From assembly GCF_902713615.1 (NCBI RefSeq), contig NW_024055473.1:532610-564751 (forward strand): a DNA stretch of 32,142 nucleotides. Direction: 5' to 3'. The notes under the pieces are model-generated. The model was not told where the DNA came from and did no database searches. It saw nothing but the letters and a program-made list of their open reading frames with translations. Made by a program: the position numbers and the translations under genes. Below, piece after piece: positions 1-9,565 of this stretch. This stretch comes from Scyliorhinus canicula. Taxonomy: Eukaryota. The first letter of the stretch is position 1, and the number at the start of each line of letters is the position of its first letter.

Positions 1-250
1 TGCGTGTGCTTCTGGTGTGTGTGTAAGTGAACCGATAGGACAACCTCAAGCGGATCAGCACGGGAAGAGCTTTGTGTGTTCATGCAGTAATAGGCCAGCA
101 GCATCACTGATTAGTTCCTTGGCAGTATTTGGTTTGAGAGGCTGACAGCGCTGCTCATATTACGGGTGAATCTGCCCGAGATTCTGTAGATTCTGTAGAA
201 CCCCCAAACCGACAGGAGTACTGAGCTACTGTCCAAGGTAGACGTACAGA

Positions 251-698
251 CAGAACGCAGTAATACATAATTGACGGCACAGGCAGTCAACTGCCGCCCC
301 TTGAAGCTTAAACTGGCGAATTGAGTAGAGGACTCGAATTCTACCGATAAATATGGTTTGGCAAAACTTTCATTTACACACCCAGAATTTCCGGAGTGCA
401 ACTTCGCGCGCTGTGTATCTGGTGCTCTTGAGCCAGAATAAATAATGAAGCTGATGTTGCATATACCTTTTTCAGTTTTCCCTTCTACAACTGTCTTTAG
501 ATCTAAGGACAGCTACTGACAAACAGAGCCTCCATGACCTGGATCTAAAAGCATATTCAAACAAGGAATTATCAGAGCGGCGGGTGTTTAATATTCTGAT
601 TCATACTCTATTTTGGAAATTAGAGAAAATGCGGAAGGTGTTTAATCCACAATTACCTGTCAGAAATATTCCCACAATATCCTGATGCTAAATCACAT
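251..698 (-). pseudogene. TCR alpha/delta-type V pseudogene (V1): decayed leader plus V exon, no recognisable RSS
   Basis: Leader-like 698-657 (ATG TGA ... IRILW-IFLT, donor ACAG/GTAATT), then an acceptor near 540. The exon reads GHGGSVCQ*LSLDLKTVVEGKTEKGICN (Cys23); YLFW is in a shifted frame; FR3 reads SVEFESSTQFASLSFKGRQLT; MYYCVLS (265-248) is in another frame. It carries stops and frameshifts. Confidence 0.8.
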
Positions 699-1476
699 TC
701 TGCTCGCTATCCGCTCTGTCAAAGGAGGGTTGAGTATTTGAAGACACCGATCCTGATCTTCCATCAATAATCTGCTGATAGGTTTTAAATATCTACCACC
801 TCACTGCCATCTTCTCGCAGTGCGGTTGTGAAACGGATGAATAGTGAAGTGACTGCGAGTGAACAGAAACATATCGGGCTCGGGCTCGGCTACAGTGCCG
901 TGTCCTTTTCGGGAGCTGGTTCTGTTGGAGGAAATGGGTGAGAAGAAAATCTTCCTTTCGACACTTTAAGACAGAAATTCTGGGCTATGATTGCTGGTGG
1001 AAAATATTATAGATATAAAAAGACACTCCAAAAGGCCATGAATATCGAGGGAAATTGATGCATGGGGTGTGTTTTAACACTCGATGTTCCTAATTTGAAA
1101 ATGTCAATCTTTTAATTAAAACAATCCGGACAACTAAAACACGCTGTTCATATAGAGTTTGTGCACGGTCGTGATCAAAAAGATCGGTATACTAACGGGG
1201 AGACGGGGAAAAAGCTGCACAATAAGTCAGACAGACACAGAAATAACATCAAAAGAAAAAAAACGAGGTGACACCAGAAATTTATTTGTGACTCTCATTT
1301 TTATTACAGCTGTGAGCTGAAAGCAACTACTTTAATTCCCTAATTGGCCCTTGCTTGGTTTTGTTGGGTCTTGCACGGAAATTATGAAAAGTCTCGTTGG
1401 CTTTCACTGTGGAGGTTGAATGTTTATCGGTGAGAGAACGCCCTCTGGTGGGCACCAACTGGAACACTCAGTGTGG

Positions 1477-1515
1477 GGTTATTGTACGGCATCTGCTGTA
1501 TCTCTGTGCAGTGTG
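1477..1515 (-). other. 23-spacer recombination signal sequence of V2
   Basis: Heptamer CACACTG (1515-1509), 23-nt spacer, nonamer ACAATAACC (1485-1477). Confidence 0.92.
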
Positions 1516-1965
1516 GGCTCCATGGCACAGAAATACACGGCGCAGTCGGAGAGAAAGGCCCCGGTGATAGTTAAAGGAACAGTTGTGTTTTCTTTATGCA
1601 AAACCGCCAAGAACCTGGCTGGTAAATTTGGAGAATTATGTACGTCCCTAGAGCTATATATTGTCATTAAATATTTTGGAGCTTTCCCGGGATACTGGAT
1701 GTACCAGAACAGATTTCGAAGAGCAGCTGTCGAGTATCTACAATCCAGTGTTACGTTCTGTCCTTCCGGAACCTTTAATTCAGATCGATCCTGGAACACT
1801 GCTTCTTCGCCATTTGTTCCTGTAACAAGACAAACAATGTTTGAAACGTCTGGGAGTGAACATAACATATGGAACATGTGCGTGTGTGATATTGAATATT
1901 CTAGTAAATATTGACTCACTGGGCAGGGGGATGAGAATCATTATGAAGCAATGTGAGGAGAACAT
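1516..1965 (-). CDS. TRAV/DV: TCR alpha/delta variable segment (V2), apparently functional; leader exon 1965-1920, V exon 1819-1516
   Basis: 46-nt leader MFSSHCFIMILIPLP with a phase-1 GTGAGT donor and a TTACAG acceptor. Spliced frame RTNG-EEAVFQDRSELKVPEGQNVTLDCRYS...LFWYIQYPGKAPKYLM...SDCAVYFCAME. Cys23, Trp41 and Cys104 are present, there are no stops, and a 23-RSS follows. Alpha versus delta use cannot be determined from this window. Confidence 0.93.
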
Positions 1966-2729
1966 GGTGCCTGGTTTAAAGTTGGAAAGGAATAAAATCA
2001 TGTTTGAAATACGTTGTAGTTCTAGTCTGATGTTAAAGAGCAATCTCCAATCAGCTGCAGATTTCACGCAATGTGATCCTGAGGGGCGTTTCCCAAGGTC
2101 AGGATTGGCTAGTCCCTCAGTGCCCGTGAGAGTCGGGCACCAATCGTTCTTGCTCCTGGGCTAATGAACTCCTTTACCATTTTCGCTGCCTTGGTGTCTC
2201 TCAGCTTTCTCTTCATGTCTGTCTCTCTCCGCTGTTCGGCTTCTCTGTCGGTATCTCGCCTCTCTCTCTCACACACAAAGACACTTTCACTGTCTCGTTT
2301 TCGTTCTTTCACAGGGCATTCAATTTCGGAGGGTAGAAAATCAAATTCATCTCAAATTCCCGTTTCAACGAATTCACCAACCAAGGTACAGTGAAGAAAC
2401 CCGGTGCCGTGATATGGAGACAATAAGGTCGGAGAAACGAAGAGAGACAAACAAACAGATAACAACAGAAACAGAGAATCAAAGGAACATAGTGAGAAAA
2501 AAGCATAAAGTAGACGCAGGAATTTAAAATGGGAAGAAAAATAAGATATAAATAATAATATATTAAAATATTAAGTAATTGAGAAAACGATATAATCAAT
2601 TGAATATAACACAATAGGTGTCAAAATATGTTACTTCACTGCGATTTAAACATAATTTAACATTAGTTCCTGGGTATATTCAGCTGCATTAAAGTACATT
2701 ATAATAGAATAAAACGGAACCCGTAACCG

Positions 2730-2980
2730 CTCCCGCCGCAGTAAACAGACAAATACGATGCTGGAGCTCTTCGATGGGAGGAACTTTACAATACATAAGA
2801 TGATAACTACAGTTATACCCCACCCCCCCCCCCCCCTCCTCCCCCCACACTCTTCCCGGCAGCCAGTTCAGTTTATTTCGTGACAGAGACTGAAATAAAT
2901 AGAACATCTTCATCTGCATCCAAACTGATAATCCTTCCAGAGAACAGCTTTCAGGACAATTACTGATTAAACAGTCGCTG
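2730..2980 (-). pseudogene. Possible heavily decayed V relic
   Basis: Collinear fragments: SLEGLSVWM (resembles EGxSV), NKLNW-LPGR (FR2-like), IEELQ and VYCGG (compare IRELR...YYCGR in V4). A poly-C/G tract interrupts it. No RSS. Confidence 0.35.
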
Positions 2981-3531
2981 AGGTCAATTCGAGATCATAC
3001 TTTGTTGATTTTTACCGTTCTGTTAGTGATCGGCGAAATGTACGGTTAGATTTTCAGTCTCTGCAATAGACACAGACTTGTGATTACAGAAATAATATCA
3101 GGCCAATCAGACACAGCTCTCGAGGCGATGTTCCTGTCATATGTTCCGCAGGAAGTGGCTTCAGTCAAGCTTCAGCCAATAGTCTCAGTTTTTGATTACA
3201 TTTGCACAGGTTTCTGAGATGAATAATAAATCTCTGGAAAATGCTGAAGCAACAATGTCGCTCTCCGTTCTCACAATGGTCTGGGTTATATTAATTATCT
3301 GTAAGATGTTTAATTTTTTTACGAATTTCTCTTTGGTGTAATAAATTTGACAAATGGAAACTTGAGGAGGAAAAATCTATACTGACTCTGGGTTCTGATC
3401 GATTGCGAGCATTTCTGGTCACTTCCTCATCGGTGGAACATGGGGACAGAAAACACAATAGAAAAATCACACGACAAAGACGAATCTGTAACTGAGAGAT
3501 TCCACCCATTAAGGAACGCTGTACAGACTGG

Positions 3532-3586
3532 CTGAGTCTTACCTTCACTCGAGGAGGGGACCTCCTCGAGTGAAGGTAAGACTCAG
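3532..3586. repeat. Perfect 26-bp inverted repeat with a 3-nt loop
   Basis: CTGAGTCTTACCTTCACTCGAGGAGG (3532-3557), GGA, CCTCCTCGAGTGAAGGTAAGACTCAG (3561-3586). The arms are exact reverse complements. Confidence 0.97.
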
Positions 3587-4186
3587 AAGTAAACAGAAGT
3601 AAACAAATAGGCTGCTCTAAACTGAAGAAGAATTTCGATGGGAGTTACTTGGACAAGTCGCTAATACTTATGGATGATTCTAAAACTAACATTCATAAAT
3701 ATAAGAGATCCAACATGATCCAATCTGGAATTCAAGAGAAAAATCTTTATCAGGAGAGCGGTTAGAAAGTAGAACTCACAAGGAGCAGTTGAGATTGGTG
3801 AAGATGCAATAAGGGGCAATAGGTAAGCAGGCGAGGGAGGAAGGGCCGGGAAGTTTTCCTGATTCACCGAGATGAAGTGGAAGGAACATTGACCTGTTCA
3901 GCTGAATAGCTTCTTTGCGCTGGAAACTCGTTTAGTTTTAGATAACAGGAACTAACTTTGCACCCCCAGTACAGTTCAGTTGAAGTTTTAATCGACGATT
4001 TCCGCTTTCATTACGTGCTCAATGTCTGACCGATGGAGATTCTGTGACTCGGAGAGAATCCTCACTCACACAGACAGAGAGAGGAGATGTCACTTCAACC
4101 TGTACCTATACCGAGGATGCTTATTATTTATTCTGGGACCGTCAATACCCAGACAGACTGCCCGAGTTTGCGGTCCGGAGGCACAC

Positions 4187-4505
4187 AGTAAGAAGTCTTA
4201 CATCACCAGGTTAACGTCCAACAGGTTTGATTCAAATCACTAGCTTTCGGAGCACTGCTCCTTCCTCAGGTGAATGAAGAGGTATGTTCAAGAAGTATAT
4301 ATACAGACAAAGTCAGTGATGCAAGACGATACTTTGAATGCCAGTCTTTGCCTGTAATTACGTCTTTACAGGTCCAGACGGTGCGACTGGAGAGAGGGGT
4401 AATCACAGGTTAAAGAGATGTGAATTGTCTCAGGCCAGGACAGTCGGGAGGGTTTCGCAAACCCAGGCCAGATCATGGGGGTGAATGTAATGTGACATGA
4501 ATCCA
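4187..4505 (-). mobile_element. Penelope-like element 3'/pLTR fragment inserted in V3
   Basis: Closely similar to both termini of the 20025-21595 Penelope element. Flanked by AGGCACAC at 4179-4186 and 4506-4513 (TSD-like). Confidence 0.88.
4237..4273 (-). ncRNA. Minimal hammerhead ribozyme motif (Penelope pLTR type)
   Basis: UCAC-CUGAGGA-A-GGAGC(AGU)GCUCC-GAA-AGCU-A-GUGA: intact core, 5-bp stem II, palindromic loopless stem III, CUA cleavage triplet, 4-bp stem I. Activity is untested. Confidence 0.75.
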
Positions 4506-4654
4506 AGGCACACGGGCCGCGGTGCTGTATTGACGGCGGATTTCGCTCAGGACCGGTTTTCTGATGCAGTCCAGCAGGCAGACAAGTTGTACCGATTGAC
4601 CATCTTGGAGATGCGGCTGTCTGACACCGCGGTCTATTACTGTGCACAGAATCG

Positions 4655-4693
4655 CACAGTGATCGGAACGAGAGAAAATCTCGAATAAAAACT
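4655..4693 (+). other. 23-spacer RSS of V3
   Basis: CACAGTG (4655-4661), 23 nt, ATAAAAACT (4685-4693). Confidence 0.93.
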
Positions 4694-5580
4694 GCCGCAG
4701 GTTTCTGGGTCACAGCTGCTGTCTGTTGAATGTTGTTCATAACAACGGCTCAGATACTGACTCAGTGTGAGCACAGACTCCGAACACAATCCACATAAAC
4801 GCCATCTAACATAGTTCATATCAATGACCGATTCCATCTGATTATTCCATCCATTGTGCGAGGCAGGAATTTGCGGCAGTTTGTTTGGGCATCTCTAGGA
4901 ACCCGCCACGAAAATTGAGAATACAAAACGCTGCAGACGGTCTGGAACTTGGTATGTTCCTGATTCGATGTTTCAGAAAGAGCTCTTGACAAGGAACAAA
5001 TAATATTGGCTTTGACATATCGTCAATAGTGTAAACTGAAGTCCGCCAGCTGAGGAAAATCCTATTAACTACAGTACCCTGATTATAAAGCTCACAATGT
5101 TAAATTCCTTCCGCATAATACAACTAAGAATTCTTAACATAAACAAACACAAACAGATTATTTTCAGGACACGATTTGAATCTGATGAACAATGATTAAT
5201 AAGCAAGTGGCCTCAAAAGACAGGCTTGGTGTGTTTCAGGCACAGGAAAATCAGCTGAATACAAACGCCTCATTGAAAAGAGCACCAGCTAGTTTGCTAT
5301 AATCACAAGACGCGTTTGGGAAATCCAGGCACATCGCATACATCTTTATGCACGTACAAAGCTTGTTCTGCGTTTCTGTACTTCCCAGTGTTATATACCT
5401 GCTATGTTACCTGTTATGTTCACCTGTTTTAACGGCTGGAAGGCAATATCACATCTTTAGCTCAGCATTTATTTCGTAATATCTTCAATTTACAAAGTGG
5501 CATAGATTCTCCAAGCATATCTTTACATTATGCTCAAAATATATTCGATGCAAAATGAACAAAGGAAACCTTTCCCAAAG

Positions 5581-5885
5581 GGCAGCACGGTAGCACAAAT
5601 GGTTAGCACTGTGGCTTCACAGCTCCAGGGTCCCAAGTTAGATTCCCCGCTGGGTCGCTGTCTGTGCGGAGTCTGCACTTTCTCCCCGTGTCAGCGTGGC
5701 CTTCTTCCAAATGCTCCGGTTTCCTCCCACAGTCCAAAGACGTGCAGGCAGGTTAGGTGGATTGGCCATGCTAAATTGCCCTTATTGTCCAAAATGATGA
5801 GGAGGGGTTATTGGGTTACGGGGATAGGGTATAGGTGAGGGCAGACGCGATGGGCTGAATGGCCTCCTTCTGCACTGCACGTTCA
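5581..5885 (+). mobile_element. HE1-like tRNA-derived V-SINE
   Basis: GGCAGCACGGTAGCAC...GGTTAGCAC A-box head, B-box-like GTTAGATTCCC, and V-domain CTCCGGTTTCCTCCCACAGTCCAAAGA. Confidence 0.85.
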
Positions 5886-6063
5886 AAGTTGTACCTGTTC
5901 CTCTCGGCTTGTTAACCTTTTTGATTTATTTGAAGACAGAGGAATCTGCTGCTAATTTTGGAAAGTCCATGTCCCAACCGCGCCCCCCCCCCCCCCCCCC
6001 CACCCCCCCTCCACACACACACACACTCTCCCGCCCGCTATTCCCTCTGTTTCACCACAGAGT

Positions 6064-6102
6064 TGGTTCTGTACGAGGCTCCCTCTGGTTGCTGTCACTG
6101 TG
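6064..6102 (-). other. 23-spacer RSS of V4
   Basis: CACAGTG (6102-6096), 23 nt, ACAGAACCA (6072-6064; 6/9 match to consensus). Confidence 0.85.
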
Positions 6103-6617
6103 TCTTTACGTCCGCAGTAATACACCGCGCTGTCAGACAGCCGCAGCTCCCGGATGGTGAATTTCCCCTCACTTTTCGAAATATCCAGAGATGCAGAAAA
6201 TCGATACCCCGCACCCACTGCTCTGGAAACTGCTCCGGAATTAGGAATGTGCATCAAGAAGATAGGGGCTTTCTCCCGATCCAGGCGGTACAGCTGTAAG
6301 GAATATGAAGCAGCAATGGTCGGATAGTTGTAGTTAACTGTCACCGAATCTCCTTCAAACAGTGTCAGTGTAACCGGTTCCCGTGAGATTGAATCTACAC
6401 CACTAACACCTGCAGAAATTTAGAAACAAAGAGATTTTAAAAAATCATTCTGTTATATTAATGTTATCAAGGAACCGGCATGTTTTGTAAATATAGTGAA
6501 TAAACAGTTAAAGAGAAGATTACTATGTCAGTATAACGTGAAAGTTGTGTAACTTGGGCTATTACAGGCTAAGAGAGCCGCAATTGAGAGGAATGAGTAA
6601 AAAGTAACTCCCAACAT
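6103..6617 (-). CDS. TRAV/DV: TCR alpha/delta V segment (V4), open frame but lacking Cys23 and Trp41; leader 6617-6566, V exon 6409-6103
   Basis: 52-nt leader MLGVTFYSFLSIAALLA with a phase-1 GTAATA donor and a TTTCTGCAG acceptor. Exon (C)VSGVDSISREPVTLTLFEGDSVTVNYNY...SLQLYRLD...RFSASLDISKSEGKFTIRELRLSDSAVYYCGRK has no stops. It may be a drifting pseudogene. Confidence 0.85.
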
Positions 6618-6669
6618 GTCCACAGAACTGATGGTGGATTTGGACAGAGCGAGTTAGCCCTGAATTATT

Positions 6670-6677
6670 TTACGTCA
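6670..6677 (-). promoter_or_regulatory. CRE-like motif upstream of the V4 leader
   Basis: TGACGTAA about 53 nt upstream of the ATG. CRE-type motifs are common in TCR V promoters. An 8-mer match alone is weak evidence. Confidence 0.35.
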
Positions 6678-6761
6678 GACGCTCTGGTCTCTATGGTTCA
6701 TAGACCGGATTGGTTCATTCCTGACAGTCAACAGGTGACACCCAATCAGCTAACAGTTAGA

Positions 6762-7100
6762 TAGAACATAGAACAGTACAGCACAAAACAGCCCCTTCGG
6801 CCCTCGATGTTGTGCCGAGCAATGATCACCCTACTCAAACCCACATATCCACCCTATACCCGTGACCCAACAACCCCCCCCCCCCCCAACCTTACATTTG
6901 AGGACACTACGGACAATTTAGCATGGCCAATCCACCTAACCCGCACATCTTTGGACTGTGGGAGGAAACCGGAGCACCCGGAGGAAACCCACGCACACAC
7001 GGGGAGGACGTGCAGACGCCACAGACAGTGACCCAGCCAGGAATCGAACCTGGGACCCTAGAGCTGTGAAGCATTTACGCTAACCACCATGCTACCGTGC
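6762..7100 (-). mobile_element. HE1-like V-SINE with a (TCTATGT)-type tail
   Basis: Reverse-strand tRNA head near 7100, V-domain GGGAGGAAACCGGAGCAC on the plus strand, and tail AGAACATAGAAC at 6762-6773. The 3' end matches the 27686-28056 copy. Confidence 0.85.
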
Positions 7101-7119
7101 TGTTCTTTTGTCCTGCAAG

Positions 7120-7432
7120 GAATAGAATCACAGAATCCCGACAGTACAGAAGGAGGCCATTCGGCCTGTACAGTCTGCTCCGTCCTTTCAAAAGACCATC
7201 CTATCTGGGGCCAATTTCCCTGAAACTCCACCCGAAGGGGCATGGTCCCTTAGCATGGTTAATCCAGCTGACCTGCACATCTTTGCACTGTGGGAGAAAA
7301 GCAGAGCACCCGCGGGAATCCCACGCAAACACGGGGAGAATGGACAATCTCCACACGGACAGATACCCGAGGTCGGAATCGAACCTGAGTCCCTGGCGAT
7401 GTCAGGCAGCAGTGCTAACCACTATGCCACCA
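7120..7432 (-). mobile_element. Older V-SINE copy
   Basis: Degenerate V-domain and tRNA head (GCAGCAGTGCTAACCACTATGCCACC on the plus strand). Confidence 0.7.
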
Positions 7433-7781
7433 TATGCCCAATTAGATGAACCTTCATTTGCTTTACGCCAATCCACGACGTCTGAGCAATGAATGTCGAA
7501 CCACTTGAAACTGTTCCCACAACAGCTAATTGGACAGAAGAACAGAAGATGATAAGAAATAGGATTTCGCGTGGGCCATTTGGTCTTTCTAACCTGCTCC
7601 GCCATTCAATAAGATCCTGATTGTTTGACCTGACATTTAACTTCCTGAGCTATCCAAAATTCCTGATTACCTTAATATTCACAAATCCATCAACACCTGT
7701 TTTTAAGGACCTTAACAACTGAACAACGACTAATGTCTCGGGGAATGAGAATATGGCGGGCATTAAACGCAATGTTGTTTC

Positions 7782-8265
7782 ATTATCAAGGTGGGGGTGA
7801 TTCACCCAGACAGCGCCAATGTTCACAGACAACCCATTGAAAGCTCACTGTAGTTTTGATGCTGAAAGTGACGGAGATTCCATGTTTCGAAGGAATTCCA
7901 TCGAACTCTTCTCCCTCCTTCAGAATGCTTCATTGGAGAGGAGGCACTGCAGAGCAATGTGGCCAATGTGTCTTTTGGTGTTTTTGCTTTTCGGAATCTT
8001 ATGACATTGGTTGTTTTAGCCATCTCTATACCTCTGTCTGTTTGTCCATTCCACTGTCGATACATCTGATTTACACTTAGCAATCTGCTATTGTATTCGC
8101 TTAATCGATTCTCTTCATCGATCCTAATCTATCTATGTCTCTAGCTGTCTCAATCCTCCTGTAAAACTTTCAAAATAGCTCCGATTCTGTCAACTTGTGT
8201 CTGCTTTCAATAAGTTGCCTGTGAACATTGGCGCTGTCGAGGTGAATCACCCCCTGCCTAATAAT
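7782..8265. mobile_element. MITE-like element with ~40-60 bp terminal inverted repeats
   Basis: 7793-7833 and 8214-8254 are reverse complements at 38/41 positions, and similarity extends patchily both inward and outward. The interior is non-coding. No clear TSD. Confidence 0.6.
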
Positions 8266-8339
8266 ATTTACGAGAACGGATCCAGAGATAAGCAACTTTA
8301 TTCACGAAGATAGATTTGAGAAGTAGCGACTGCTGCCCT

Positions 8340-8640
8340 TGATGAGCAGGTTAAAACGTGATCTGAGAGAGGTATTGCTAATCATGACGGTTCTAGACAG
8401 AGTAGATATGGAGGAACAGTTTCCACTGGTGGGAGGATCGAGTACCAGAAGGCACAGATTGAAGGTAATTGGGAAAGGAATCTTGGAGACATGAGAGAAA
8501 CATTTTCACCCAACCAGTGGTTAGGATGTAGACTGGACTGTTTGAATGCGTGTGTGGGGGTGGGGGTGGGGGTGGGGGTGGGGGGAGAGAGGGTCAAATG
8601 ATGCTTTCAAAGGGTAATTGGATTGTTACCTCAAATAGAA
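8340..8640 (+). mobile_element. Degenerate CR1 LINE 3' fragment
   Basis: GGAGACATGAGAGAAACATTTTCACCCAACCAGTGGTTAGG resembles the CR1 ORF2 C-terminal motif seen in other copies in this window. Confidence 0.6.
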
Positions 8641-8764
8641 AATCAATGCTAGTTTACAGATAAATGAGTGGTGTTAGATAAATCGCCCCTTTATTCGGCC
8701 AGCACATGCATGCCTGGTGGAAAGGTCTTCTGCATTGAAAACACCCTCTGACTATGTTTAAAGG

Positions 8765-8975
8765 GGCGGCAGTGGGTTAGCTGTAATGTCACTGAGATAG
8801 TAATTGAGATGGCTAGCCTACTTCTCTGACACAATGTGTTCAAATTCTACAATAGCTGAAAGATGAATTTTAAAATATAAATAAATGGCACAGTAAACTA
8901 ATCAGTTCATTGGGTTAGAGATGGTCAACAAATGTTGGTCTAGCCAGTGAGGCCCACACCCCATGACATATATTT
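8765..8975 (+). mobile_element. Degenerate Deu-domain SINE
   Basis: Head and tail resemble the 17499-17838 copy; the middle is deleted. Confidence 0.55.
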
Positions 8976-9116
8976 TGTAAATCAGAAATTGCAATACTAT
9001 AGTTTGGCCAGTTGGTGGCAGTGACACCGTGGTTGCTGACTTTACATGAAGCAGAGATTGTCTCAATTATTACGACAATGGACCTGTCTGTGTTCAAATT
9101 AAACGAGACACCGTAT

Positions 9117-9325
9117 TAGGCTAGCTCAGTTGGTTAGGCAGCTGGTTTGTGATGCAGAACCTGGCCAAAAGCACAGGTTGAATTCCCGTATTAGCTAAGG
9201 TTATTCCTGAAGGACTTGCCTTCCCAACCTTGCCCCTGGCCTCAGGTTTAATCACCACCAGCTAACTCTCGCCCTCAAAGAGGAAAGCAACCTGTGGTCC
9301 TCTGGGACTGTGGCGACTTTACCTA
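9117..9325 (+). mobile_element. tRNA-derived SINE
   Basis: A-box AGCTCAGTTGGTTAG, B-box-like GGTTGAATTCCC, and a non-tRNA body. Confidence 0.55.
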
Positions 9326-9565
9326 TTAGGCTCGGTCACGTTTCTGATTTTATGACTGCAGAGCCCAGTTATGACCATACTCGGCTGAATCCCAGCTGTT
9401 AATATGTTGAACCAAGGCCCTCCTTATATTGCGCTCAGCATTCAGGAAGTTACAATAGCACTGAATCATACATCGGCTAATATGATAATGGCCCATGCCC
9501 AATTGTTACTTCACGAGACCCAGCATCCACTGATACTAAACCTAAACATGTTCCTATTTGTATTA

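Larger units (their letters stand above)
4023..4654 (+). pseudogene. TRAV/DV: Inverted TCR alpha/delta V segment (V3) disrupted by a Penelope fragment
   Basis: 5' half GDSVTRRESSLTQTERGDVTSTCTYTEDAYYLFWDRQYPDRLPEFAVRRH (4035-4184). 3' half GRGAVLTADFAQDRFSDAVQQADKLYRLTILEMRLSDTAVYYCAQNR. A 23-RSS follows. No clear leader or canonical acceptor was found. Confidence 0.92.

Noticed and set aside
1405-1475. CACTGTG (1405-1411) and a second CACACTG (1475-1469) as D/J RSS heptamers
   Set aside because: No nonamer at 12- or 23-nt spacing.
1420-1914. 164-aa plus-strand ORF
   Set aside because: Antisense shadow of V2 with no independent motifs.
2164-2394. Signal-peptide-like plus-strand ORF MNSFTIFAALVSLSF
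   Set aside because: The hydrophobicity comes from a CT-rich simple repeat, and no Ig domain follows.
4188-4508. GTAAGA donor at the Penelope junction that might splice the insert out of V3
   Set aside because: The nearest AG (4506-4507) has no pyrimidine tract and would shift the frame by one.
5581-9325. tRNA genes at A/B-box motifs
   Set aside because: These are SINE heads without a cloverleaf or terminator.
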